Shown: positions 1 to 10,729, numbered from the stretch's first letter. The stretch: 64,000 bases of DNA from Guillardia theta CCMP2712 (GCF_000315625.1 NW_005434649.1:248001-312000); one strand, 5' to 3'. Program-made: numbers and translations. The notes: generated by a model not told the origin, from the letters alone.

Positions 1-55
1 CTTGAAAACCCTGGATTGCCTCAACACAACCGTCTCGAGCTTCGCATAAGGCAAA

Positions 56-1126
56 ATGATTCCAACCGCGGAAAATTCTGGAACATACAGCTCTATCCTT
101 CTTCAGAACGAGAAGGCCTCGCTTGGTGTGAAGAAAGACGACCATAGTAATACTCACAAGAAGAAATCTGGCTCACGATGTGGTGGTTTGCTTGGCACTC
201 TGCTGAGGCGAAGGATTCAAAGGACAGAGCGCGATCTCATTCCAAAGGTCTTCCGAGCAGACGAGTGCCTGGACATGAACGACGATCCATGCTTCTTCGC
301 TGCGCAAACGTTCGAGGAGATGAAGCCTGGCAATGATGAGAAATCGTTTGAGCATGTTTGTGAGAGTATTGACAACCATGCATGCTCTCAACCTGGTTCC
401 TACTTCACCTCTCTGTTCAAGTCCGGAGAAAGCTTCAAGCAAGCACTCAGTGCATCAGCGCAACCGTGGTTGCCGGCGTTGCCTGTCGCGCAAGATTCAA
501 TCAAGTACGGAGAGAGGCAGCCATGTACGTACATGGAGATGGTTCAGAAGCAATCTGGTTATGCAGTCAAGACAGAGGATCCGCTAATTGATTTAAATTC
601 CAAGCAAGCTTTCGCTGGTGCACACCCGTACCTGACGATGGCGCGCGAAGATGTCAGCGAAAGGACGTGCAGGGAGGAAGAGGACTGCGAATCGAGTGAT
701 TTGTACTCTACGTCGTCCTCATGCAGCCCGGCTCCCTCCAGCTTTAATAGCGCTGAAACTCGAGGGATAGAATTCCCGTCGGTAGAGGAACTTACTCAGA
801 TGTCGCAGACATCGAGATCTCTGTGGTCATGCTTCATCGAGCAGCACCACAAGTACAAGAAGATCGACTTTGTCAACACGGAGCTCGAGGCTGTCGATGT
901 TCTCAACCAGGACGTTTCTGTGGAGATTGCTTCCAACCCCGTTGACCAGAGCAACAGGTTGGAGGATGGATGCCTGAGCACCGAGGTGCTTGCCGATGCG
1001 CTCCAGACTTCTGACCCTCTGTTTGCTTCCTCCGAGGAGTCCTCCGAGGAGAGCATGTTGTGGGTTGCACCCCACCATGAGCAAACTTTCGAATGCGATT
1101 CGGAATGGAGTGCGATAAACTTGTGA
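56..1126 (+). CDS. Uncharacterised Ser/acidic-rich protein, 356 aa (may be the last exon of a longer gene)
   Basis: Long uninterrupted ORF followed by an AT-richer 3' region; converges on the next gene; no domain recognised. Confidence 0.55.
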   Translation: MIPTAENSGTYSSILLQNEKASLGVKKDDHSNTHKKKSGSRCGGLLGTLLRRRIQRTERDLIPKVFRADECLDMNDDPCFFAAQTFEEMKPGNDEKSFEHVCESIDNHACSQPGSYFTSLFKSGESFKQALSASAQPWLPALPVAQDSIKYGERQPCTYMEMVQKQSGYAVKTEDPLIDLNSKQAFAGAHPYLTMAREDVSERTCREEEDCESSDLYSTSSSCSPAPSSFNSAETRGIEFPSVEELTQMSQTSRSLWSCFIEQHHKYKKIDFVNTELEAVDVLNQDVSVEIASNPVDQSNRLEDGCLSTEVLADALQTSDPLFASSEESSEESMLWVAPHHEQTFECDSEWSAINL

Positions 1127-1234
1127 AGAAAACTGGGACATCATCTTCCCGTTGATTTTGATGAGTGCATTTCAAGTCAGTGATTGAATATGCAACTGTG
1201 AATTTTGTTTATGTACTCTATGATTTGATAAATT

Positions 1235-3500
1235 TCATCTTGATGGAAGCTTGTTGAGTTGTCTCACTATCTTCATGGCCAGACCGTGAGAAATCGCAAT
1301 CCCCATGCTGAATCTCGTCGTGTTGGTCGAGTAAACCGCCTGTGCTGCAGGTTAAAGCATCCTGTGATGGTTGTACTGTTTGTGCTCACATGCCACAACG
1401 ACTTTCCTCTCACCAATCGAAACATATTCGCCTGAAACTTTCTGTCCCCCACTCGCCTTACGCCGTCCTTGGCCTGGTATCTGGAGGAACGAGAGTAGTC
1501 AGGCGGACTGGAGGGGTTAGCTCATCCTTACACGAATCCTGACTGGTTCTCCTCTTCCACATCCGTCAGGTAGAGCCTCCATCCTTCGACTTGCCCCCCA
1601 TCCGTGTGCCACTCGGTGAAGCCATTGGGGGGATACCAGTATCTTCCCTCAAGTCAGCAGGGGAGAAGGAGGAGTCGGGGCTGCATACAGCCCACGGAAG
1701 GAGTCGTCGGCGTCCGTGTACTGCAGGCCTCCATGCTTCAAAGTGGAAGACACTAGCTCCTTTAGCTTGCGCGAGCAGGGAGTCCCGCTGAGAGCAGCAT
1801 GACTGAGGGAAGGAGGGGAGGGAGGTGACGAGGAAACTTACTTCTTACGGTAGGAGATTGAGCCCAAGTGGTGTCTGAAGGAGAGTGTAAGGTGAAGGCC
1901 AGCAAGGGAGAAGGGGCAAGACGTACGTAGTGGCAAAATGAGTGCCGCTAGAGCCGAGGATGTGGTGGGAGGCTTGTCCCGTGGAGATGAAACTGAACTG
2001 AATTCAGGGAGGGAGAGGAGGGAGGGAGGGGAGGGAAGGGAGGGAGGGAGGGGAGGGAAGGGAGGGAGGGGAGGGAGGGGAGGATGGATGGATGGGCAAA
2101 AACGGTCGAGGGAGGGGATGAGCTGATGGCAGAGACGGAGGGGAAGGTGGAGAGGAACCTCAAGGTAGAGTGGCAAGGCCTCCTGTCGTCAAGCCTGACT
2201 GATGGAAATATGCATGTTACAAATCAGCTTTCCTTGTAAGAACATAATCCTACCTGTCGCGTTCGGCTGCAGTGCTTGCCTTAATGCTTCACTGACTTGC
2301 ACACTGCGTTTACCACATTTCTTCTTGGCACCTAAGCTGAGAGTGAGCCTGTTGTAGCATGCGCTCGATAAGGACTAAGATGAGGATCAAAAAGAAGTTG
2401 GGGAGAAGGAAGGAGGAGCAAGGCAGGATGGCTAAGAGTGCGGGAAACAATTCTATGACGGCCTCCTTTCCTACCTGGCCCATGTCCTCTCCCCTCTGTC
2501 TCGAACACCCGGTAGCTGCAGCACGCGAGGGATCACTTCAGCAGCAGGCAACGTTTGGGGGCACAGACTCTTCGAAGAGTTCACTGTGCTCGTGGAGCTT
2601 GATGGTGTGAGTGAGGATACCTCGAGAGGCAGTGAGATGGAAACAAGAAACTAGAGCAGAGATCTTACGATCGAGATGCTTCTGTCCTTCATCGACGCAT
2701 TGCCATCTGAGATAGCTGAGTAGAACGAGCGAGCAGGAGGAGAGGCTCTTCTTACCCATCCTTCATCTTCTCGACTTCGCTGATGCTGCATGTGTACCTG
2801 AGGAAGGTCAGCCAACCGTTCCCGGACAAACTTTATGGAGACCATCGCCTCATGTCTGAGATAGGTAACTGCAAATGCACAAAAACGTCATCAAGCTAGT
2901 TGGTTCCTCCTCCTCNNNNNNNNNNNNNNNNNNNNNNNNNNNNNNNNNNNNNNNNNNNNNNNNNNNNNNNNNNNNNNNNNNNNNNNNNNNNNNNNNNNNN
3001 NNNNNNNNNNNNNNNCCTCCTCCTCCTCCTCATGCTCCACTCCTCCTCCTCCTCCTCAGCTCCTCCTCCTCCTCCTCCTCCTCCTCCTCCTCCTCCTTTT
3101 CCCGCCCCTGCTCCTGCCCCTGCTCCAGATCCTTTTTCTCCTTGTTCTCCTGCTCCTGCTCCGGCTCCTCCTCCGGATTTCCATGCTTTTTCATTCTTCA
3201 ACTCACCGCAGCTCGCAGCCCTTCCGAGCATGTTCTGAACTGAACAAACTCATCTCACCTTCATCGCGATATCTGCATCAATACCTGATCCCACACGGGC
3301 TGGAGCTCTGGGAGCACTTCCCTCCAGTCGAAAGATATCGCTTCCTCCCCCAGCTCGACCCCACCAGACGGCACGGCACGTCGAAGGAACGACCAGGACA
3401 CGAGCACGTGGATCGTGACGAGGATGCAGACGCACAAGTTCAAAACCCTCAAAGTTCTCGGCGCTGCGATCGACCCGATGCCCCGTGACTTGCGTCTCAT
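1235..3500 (-). CDS. Spliced 2OG-Fe(II) dioxygenase-like protein, probably with an N-terminal signal anchor
   Basis: Hand-spliced exons in 1235-1790 read RGLYWYPPNGFTEWHTDGGQVEGWRLYL...LWH|AVYSTNTTRFSMG, giving the HxD...H...RxS motifs. Candidate first exon at 3500 is MRRKSRG...VLNLCVCILVTIHVLVSWSF. Linking the upstream exons across the N gap is inferred. Confidence 0.65.
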
Positions 3501-4850
3501 GGTTTCCACAGGTGAAGACTATCTCAACTTTGCCCCGGAGGAGCGTCTCAGGTAGGTTTTGCTCTGCCACATCCCAGGACTGCTGTACTCGTCTTTGTGT
3601 GATGGAATGGACTTCCCTGAGATGATAGATATTCAGCCTCCTCCCCTTCTCCTGCTCTGCCTATCTGCAATTCTTAATCCTATCCCTTCTCTACTTTCTC
3701 ATACTTTTTTTCACCTCTATTGGTCTATCGATTTGCCTTTGCCATTCGTATATTTTGAATGTACATTTCGTTTTATATCGTGTTCACCTTTGCCTCTCTT
3801 TTACTGGCGGCCTGTTTATTGCAACCTACCACCAGCCGCCAGCCCTCCTAACCTCTCCCCTGCTCTCCATCACAAATTCTCTCTTTCGTCTCCGTCTCCG
3901 TCTCCGTCCCTCCCTCCTCTCCCTCCTTCCTCCCGCCCTACTCCTCTCCCTTTCCCTCACTCACCCACCCTACTTCCCCAAATCCCTCTGCCTTCCTCCC
4001 TCCCTCTCCTTTCTCATCGCGACCTTCTGTGCGAACCTCACCTTGACTCATCTCCGACCTTCTGTGCGAACCTCGCCTTGACTCACCTTCCTTCCGCCAT
4101 CCCTCTACCCATTCTGTCTGCCTCTCCGTCTTCTGCACCACCTGCCTGCCTGCCTTGCATCTCCCTTTGTCCGCTGGTCAAACTCTGGTCAAATGATGCG
4201 ACGCTGGTCAAACTCATGATTTTTCTCGTAGTGGTCGTCCCACCGAGCATGTCAGAGCAGAGCCCTGTGGTTCTTCGCGACATCTGCGTGGACGCTGGCA
4301 TCGTCACGAAGCTTCGTCAGCACGAACTTCGACACATCCGGACTGACAGCGGAGTGGGATGGCTGTGCTTAGGAGGCGCCGGGTGTATGGGGACCATGCC
4401 TTTCATCGTCTGCGTGCTCGTCTGTTTCGGCAGTATCGAGCTCGCATAGATCTTGCCGTCCTCCTTGCAGGAGCCTTGCGCTACTGCTCTTTGTCCTTAT
4501 CCTTGTTCCCCTGCTTGTCGGGTATGAGAAAGAATGTTGAACTCGAGAGACAAGCCTCTGTTTCTGACAAGATTTCAATTCTCTCCTGAGCACCTGTAAC
4601 TCGATGCTGGATTCCATCGCAGATTTGGAGGTGCAACCCATCGTGATGAAGCTGCCACTGTTCTATCGCGAGCATCAAGGGGTCGAGGGCTGGCTGCTGC
4701 AACGTGGACACGCACACACGCACACACGACAAGCAAAAATGGCATCACAGCCTGATCGACGATGCTGGAGGAGGACCGCGCGACGACTGATGTTAGCAGC
4801 ACGGTACTGTTCATAAATTAGGCTCTTTCTATAAATCATGCAACTCAACG

Positions 4851-4963
4851 GAGCTCTTTTTCAAGATTGCTTTTTTTGCCGTAGCAATCTTGAAAAATGC
4901 TCTTGCAGTTGCAATCTTGAAAGAAGCTCTTTTTCAAGATTGCTCTTTGTCAAGATTGCAACT
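4851..4963. repeat. Cluster of five TCAAGATTGC/GCAATCTTGA motifs forming two inverted-repeat pairs
   Basis: Motif at 4861(+), 4884(-), 4911(-), 4934(+) and 4950(+); perfect 14-bp inverted repeat AGTTGCAATCTTGA (4907-4920) / TCAAGATTGCAACT (4950-4963). Confidence 0.85.
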
Positions 4964-5409
4964 GGACTTAGCGAAAGATCATGCCGGTGGCGATAGAAGG
5001 AGGATAGATCGCAATTGTTCTCAGTATGTTGTTTGTTCCTGACAAATCAAATAATGCATAACATAGGGAAATCATTTCTCCATCGATTGTCTGTCCTTTT
5101 ATTCTCTAATTATGCGATTTGAGAGTAACAAACAGCATTGAACCTGGCTTGAGGGAAGAAAACCTCCATGATGTAGGCTATTACTGAACCTTGTAGTCAT
5201 CTGATCATGGTCTGCAATGTTTGATCGAAGCAATTTACAAAGTTATTCAGGAAGTAATGCACTGACTTCCATGATTATGGCCGAAATATCGACAATCGTT
5301 CATGGCGAAATATCGACAATCGTTCAACATAATCAAGTACTTTTATTTCAAGTTCAAAGAAAACATCATCCTGACTATTCTCAACGACTTGGTGCAGATG
5401 CGCTCGACT

Positions 5410-6164
5410 TCTTCATGAATGTATTCCATTCAATTGCCCTCTGCGGAAACTGTAGCCGGAGTCTACATTGATCCAAGTGTAGAAAGACGACTCATAAAGT
5501 TGACAAAAATCGCCTGCGATTCCCTGAACATGCGCCTGACTCGGTTTCCTCTTCTCAACTCTTCGAATCTCCTTAGTTCTGTATCCCTCTTTTCTGCATC
5601 CTTATCACCTAACACGTTGTTCATATGCTGCCCAAAACATTTCACGAGCAACTTCACGTCTGAGCATCGCTTCGTATTGCTTTGTCCAGGCTTCAACTCC
5701 CCTGCGGGAACATTTCTCAGGGGAGTTTGTTTTTTGTCCTTTCCACAGAACCACAAATTCCATGCCGATAACGGGGTTTCCAGCTCTTCTGTCAAAAGTA
5801 CTTGTTCCAGAGCCGCCGCGCTTGCCCCAACTGCTTCATCAATAGAACCATCCGGGTCTCTGCTGTCATTCGCTCCAACAGTGTCTGCCGGTATGACGGT
5901 GCTCCCCTCACTCCTGCGACTAGACTCAACAACACTCTGTCCTGGAGCCTCAGGGTCTCTTTGCTGAACATCTCTCTGTGATCCACTTTCTTCCCCTCCC
6001 GTCTCCAGAATCACCTCCCGAATGATGGCTTTCAGCTCATCTCGATTCTCTTGCAAGCCTTGCCGAAACAAGTCCTTCGCTGATGGTCCACACTCATTTG
6101 GTATGAAACAAACTTGTCGCCTTTCCGAAACTCCTAGATTGCACTCTGGTACTCTGGTACTCAC
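5410..6164 (-). pseudogene. Degenerate GCR1_C-like / Crypton (NDC10-II) C-terminal domain relic
   Basis: ORF 5463-6164 lacks an ATG start and contains AWNLWFCG-x5-TPLRNV...KRCSDVKLLVK. Shifted frames downstream give RRGQL-x-WNTF. Family assignment is from recalled motif similarity only. Confidence 0.45.
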
Positions 6165-6285
6165 TATTTTTTTTACTTCCCCTAATAATAATAACTGTCT
6201 AAATTTTAAAATTCTTTGAGTAATGGTTATTAGATTCGCGTGACCGTAAGAATCGCTGATATTTACTACTGACTTTTATAATTGT

Positions 6286-6343
6286 CGGATGTCTCCGAGG
6301 ATACGGACTTATTTAAAAAGGGTTGTCGGGTAACTCCGTTTCC
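6286..6343. promoter_or_regulatory. Two CGG-N6-CCG putative Zn2Cys6 binding sites upstream of Zn-cluster copy 1
   Basis: CGGatgtctCCG at 6286-6297 and CGGgtaactCCG at 6327-6338. Confidence 0.5.
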
Positions 6344-6400
6344 GAAAAAATCCCGATAGAACACTGTGTGTTCCGTCAGCTTCCCTACCATCGACAGAAC

Positions 6401-7278
6401 ATGAATGCAACATCCTTCGCCATGGCTGCTTCAGAGTCCCGTCCCTTCGCTGCAGCCCCCTCCTTCCCCTCCAAGCCTCCCCGCCTCCCCTTCACTGCCT
6501 GCGACCAGTGCCGCCGATGCAAGACCCGCTGTGACGATCAAGCCCCCTGCTCTCGCTGCATCCGCTCTGGAAGGGGCGCAGCCTGCTCCCGCCTGGCGGA
6601 GGATGACATGCTGGAGATCCCGCAGTACCTGGCCGAGTACCGGCTGAGCCGTAGGGCGACCAAGGCTTGTCTGAGCTGCCAGCTCAAGAAGGTCCGCTGC
6701 GGTGACTCTCGGCCCTGCGCTCGGTGCTACCGGATGGGGCTGACGTGCGACGACGAGCCGGGGCTGGGGCAGGAGGCGCTGCCTCTGATGCTGCAGCGGA
6801 AGCGAGAGCAAGTCGTGCAGGCATGCGAGCGATGCCGGAGGTCGCGGCTCAAGTGCGACTCGGTCAGGCCATGTCGGCGGTGCGTGAGGGCNNNNNNNNN
6901 NNNNNNNNNNNNNNNNNNNNNNNNNNNNNNNNNNNNNNNNNNNNNNNNNNNNNNNNNNNNNNNNNNNNNNNNNNNNNNNNNNNNNNNNNNNGCGAGGGGT
7001 ACGCCAGGGGGGTCGGGTACAGCTGGGAGGAGCTGCTGGCGCTAGAGGGGGAGCCATCCGAGGAGCCATCGGGCACAGAGGAAGGGTCAGAGGAGGGGGA
7101 CGAGGGAGGCGCAGAGGGCTGGCTGGGGTGCTTGGAGGGGCTTGATGCTGTGGCCATGGCTCAGGGCGGGGAAGAGGAGGAGAAGCTTGGGGTCGGGAGG
7201 GGGGAGGGGGAGGAGGGAGGGTGGGCGAGCTTCCTGTGGGATCAAGGCAGCGAATTTTCTGCGTTTAGTTTGGATTGA
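6401..7278 (+). CDS. Triple Zn(II)2Cys6 transcription factor, copy 1 (spans an N gap)
   Basis: CDQC-x6-C-x5-CSRC-x8-C; CLSC-x6-C-x5-CARC-x6-C; CERC-x6-C-x5-CRRC; acidic W/L/F-rich C-terminal tail after the gap. Confidence 0.88.
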
Positions 7279-7813
7279 AGTTTTCTTTGCAATCAGACTT
7301 ACAAGATGAATGAGGGGAAGGATGTGATGTTCGTGTATGTACCCCATCAAGTATGATTGCTCGCTACACTGTGCATGGGGAATGTCAGAGCCCGTGCAGG
7401 AGAAGTTAGCGAGCTTTCTTTTCTGCAGCACACTGTGCTAGTTGGAATAGCGTAGGAGACACTATCAACTTTCTGTATCGATTGCGTTTCCTCCCTGCTG
7501 AACATCATGAACGACGTTGACAGCGACTTTCAGTATAATACTCAGTTACTTACGGTATCACATTGTGACCGTGACTCGACACTAGACTCTTCAATATTAC
7601 TGCAAGTAATTTGTTTGCAAGTTATGGCCGAAAAAAAATCTTTGACAAAGGCCTTTGCTCAAAGTTCGGAGGGTCTAGCTAGTGGACGGGGAATGATGGG
7701 GGACCGTACACTAGCGCCACAAGTCTCCGGAAATTACAACTATTATTGCAGGAACCTAAAATTTACACGTGACCATGACATGAACCGTGATGTTTACTAC
7801 TGAAGAGATCTTT

Positions 7814-7830
7814 CGGGTAATTCCGTTTCC
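7814..7830. promoter_or_regulatory. CGG-N6-CCG site upstream of Zn-cluster copy 2
   Basis: CGGgtaattCCGtttcc, matching the element upstream of copies 1 and 3. Confidence 0.5.
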
Positions 7831-7896
7831 CCGAAAGTATAAAAATAGTGTGATGACCCAATCCGTACGGTGGACTGGCGGCATACACTGGTATCC

Positions 7897-8772
7897 ATGC
7901 TCAAAGCTCAGCCCCATCCCTTCGCTGCAGCCCCCTCCTTCCCCTCCAAGCCTCCCCGCCTCCCCTTCACTGCCTGCGACCAGTGCCGCCGATGCAAGAC
8001 CCGCTGTGACGATCAAGCCCCCTGCTCTCGCTGCGTCCGCTCTGGCTTGGGAGCAGCCTGCTCCCGCCTGGCGGAGGATGACATGCTGGAGATCCCGCAG
8101 TACCTGGCCGAGTACCGGCTGAGCCGTAGGGCGACCAAGGCTTGTCTGAGCTGCCAGCTCAAGAAGGTCCGCTGCGGCGACTCTCGGCCCTGCGCTCGGT
8201 GCTACCGGATGGGGCTGACATGCGACGACGAGGCGGGGCTGGGGCAGGAGGCGCTGCCTCTGATGCTGCAGCGGAAGCGAGAGCAAGTCGTGCAGGCATG
8301 CGAGCGATGCCGGAGGTCGCGGCTCAAGTGCGACTCGGTCAGGCCATGTCGGCGGTGCGTGAGGGCGGAGGAGGNNNNNNNNNNNNNNNNNNNNNNNNNN
8401 NNNNNNNNNNNNNNNNNNNNNNNNNNNNNNNNNNNNNNNNNNNNNNNNNNNNNNNNNNNNNNNNNNNNNNNNNNCGGGGGGAGGAAGGAGAGCGTCATGG
8501 GCACCGGCGAGGGGTACGCCAGGGGGGTCGGGTACAGCTGGGAGGAGCTGCTGGCGCTAGAGGGGGAGCCATCCGAGGAGCCATCGGGCACAGAGGAAGG
8601 GTCAGAGGAGGGGGACGAGGGAGGCGCAGAGGGCTGGCTGGGGTGCTTGGAGGGGCTTGATGCTGTGGCCATGGCTCAGGGCGGGGAAGAGGAGGAGAAG
8701 CTTGGGGTCGGGAGGGGGGAGGGGGAGGAGGGAGGGTGGGCGAGCTTCCTGTGGGAGGAGGAGGAGCCGTGA
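7897..8772 (+). CDS. Triple Zn(II)2Cys6 transcription factor, copy 2 (spans an N gap)
   Basis: Same three Zn2Cys6 motifs and acidic tail ending WASFLWEEEEP*. Confidence 0.88.
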   Translation: MLKAQPHPFAAAPSFPSKPPRLPFTACDQCRRCKTRCDDQAPCSRCVRSGLGAACSRLAEDDMLEIPQYLAEYRLSRRATKACLSCQLKKVRCGDSRPCARCYRMGLTCDDEAGLGQEALPLMLQRKREQVVQACERCRRSRLKCDSVRPCRRCVRAEEXXXXXXXXXXXXXXXXXXXXXXXXXXXXXXXXXXGGRKESVMGTGEGYARGVGYSWEELLALEGEPSEEPSGTEEGSEEGDEGGAEGWLGCLEGLDAVAMAQGGEEEEKLGVGRGEGEEGGWASFLWEEEEP

Positions 8773-9760
8773 GGATGCTTTGCGGATGGGCTTGGACGTG
8801 GACGGGTTTTCAGGAGAGATCTCGCAGCGGCAGGAGGGAGAAGGAGCGGCGAGCGGGGGGATGAATGTCGACGTGAGATTGGGGATGGGGGAGGGCTGTA
8901 GAGGAGGGGGAGGCTTCTGCAGGGAGGGATCTAGAGATCATCAGAATCCCAGAGGTGAACCATCCTCCTGAGGTGGGGCGACTGTGAGCAATGTTTCAAT
9001 GAAACTGGATTGGTGCATTGATAGTATTATGAGTAAAGCCATCAGGACATGACATCGACTATGTTTCGCAACGCTTTCTGCAACGTCCATTTTCTCAAGC
9101 CACATCCGAGCCGTTTGTAGTCTTGCCGTCATTTCTTATTTGAAAGGTTTGCTTTGATACATTTCGTTTAGGTTCAAGCACTATTGTGACTCAAGATTCT
9201 GGAGTTCTTTTCTTCAATTTTCTGCTGGTCGATCGCTCGGGTTCTTGTACCTTACATACAATCATATTTGCTTTGATCGGCCTCTGTCCTCTCTATGGAT
9301 CGTCTCAAAACCTGATCACCGTTAACCCACCGCTACCTCATCTGCAAAGACTTTCATTCATTCTCTGGATTATCTACCTTGATGCTCATCATCATGTGCT
9401 TGATGCTGTGACAGTCACTGCCTGAGTCTCGTTGCCATTTTGACATGGCCGTCGCTCCGATATCTTCAAACAAAATGAGTCGTGACTGAACGGATATCCC
9501 GACGTGCGATTAATCGAAAATCTCCACAGTTCCAAAAAAAACAAAAGCATGACGACGCCGCTTTCCAGTAGAAACTTCTACCGGAATCGGAGAACCCTGC
9601 TTGCCGAATCTTTTACTACTAAACCCGCCGCTTTACTTCTCGCCCTCGCCCGTGCTTGCCATTTGCTCCGGAAAATACAACTATTATTGCAGGAACCGGG
9701 CAACAAGTAAAGTGACAAAGTCATTCACCGTGATGTTTACTACTGAAGAGATCTTTCAGG

Positions 9761-9777
9761 CGGGTAATTCCGTTTCC
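9761..9777. promoter_or_regulatory. CGG-N6-CCG site upstream of Zn-cluster copy 3
   Basis: CGGgtaattCCGtttcc. Confidence 0.5.
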
Positions 9778-9832
9778 CACGAAAGTGTAGAGAAGCAGAT
9801 GGGTGACAATGATCTGGTATCCACTGGTATCC

Positions 9833-10729
9833 ATGCTCAGAGCTCAGCCCCATCCCTTCGCTGCAGCCCCCTCCTTCCCCTCCAAGCCTCCCCGCCTCCC
9901 CTTCACTGCCTGCGACCAGTGCCGCCGATGCAAGACCCGCTGTGACGATCAAGCCCCCTGCTCTCGCTGCGTCCGCTCTGGCTTGGGAGCAGCCTGCTCC
10001 CGCCTGGCGGAGGATGACATGCTGGAGATCCCGCAGTACCTGGCCGAGTACCGGCTGAGCCGTAGGGCGACCAAGGCTTGTCTGAGCTGCCAGCTCAAGA
10101 AGGTCCGCTGCGGTGACTCTCGGCCCTGCGCTCGGTGCTACCGGATGGGGCTGACGTGCGACGACGAGCCGGGGCTGGGGCAGGAGGCGCTGCCTCTGAT
10201 GCTGCAGCGGAAGCGAGAGCAAGTCGTGCAGGCATGCGAGCGATGCCGGAGGTCGCGGCTCAAGTGCGACTCGGTCAGGCCATACGGCGGTGCGTGAGGG
10301 CGGAGGAAGAGTGCGTGGACCGGCAGGTGAAGCGGCAACGGAGCGGGGGGAGGAAGGAGAGCGTCATGGGCACCGGCGAGGGGTACGCCAGGGGNNNNNN
10401 NNNNNNNNNNNNNNNNNNNNNNNNNNNNNNNNNNNNNNNNNNNNNNNNNNNNNNNNNNNNNNNNNNNNNNNNNNNNNNNNNNNNNNNNNNNNNNCTGGGA
10501 GGAGCTGCTGGCGCTAGAGGGGGAGCCATCCGAGGAGCCATCGGGCACAGAGGAAGGGTCAGAGGAGGGGGACGAGGGAGGCGCAGAGGGCTGGCTGGGG
10601 TGCTTGGAGGGGCTTGATGCTGTGGCCATGGCTCAGGGCGGGGAAGAGGAGGAGAAGCTTGGGGTCGGGAGGGGGGAGGGGGAGGAGGGAGGGTGGGCGA
10701 GCTTCCTGTGGGAGGAGGAGGAGCCGTGA
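9833..10729 (+). pseudogene. Triple Zn(II)2Cys6 transcription factor, copy 3, frameshifted in the third cluster
   Basis: CCATGTCGG in copies 1 and 2 reads CCATACGG here (about 10280-10288), giving a premature TGA at 10295-10297; the downstream coding sequence is intact in another frame. Confidence 0.75.

Noticed and set aside
3559-4449. 296-aa Pro/Ser/Leu-rich ORF
   Set aside because: Mostly a CT-rich low-complexity tract with a non-ATG start and no motif
4190-4816. Coding-looking sequence on both strands
   Set aside because: No consistent spliced frame or domain could be built; possibly a gene fragment
8941-9425. Short ORFs in the spacer between Zn copies 2 and 3
   Set aside because: No recognisable transposase or other domain
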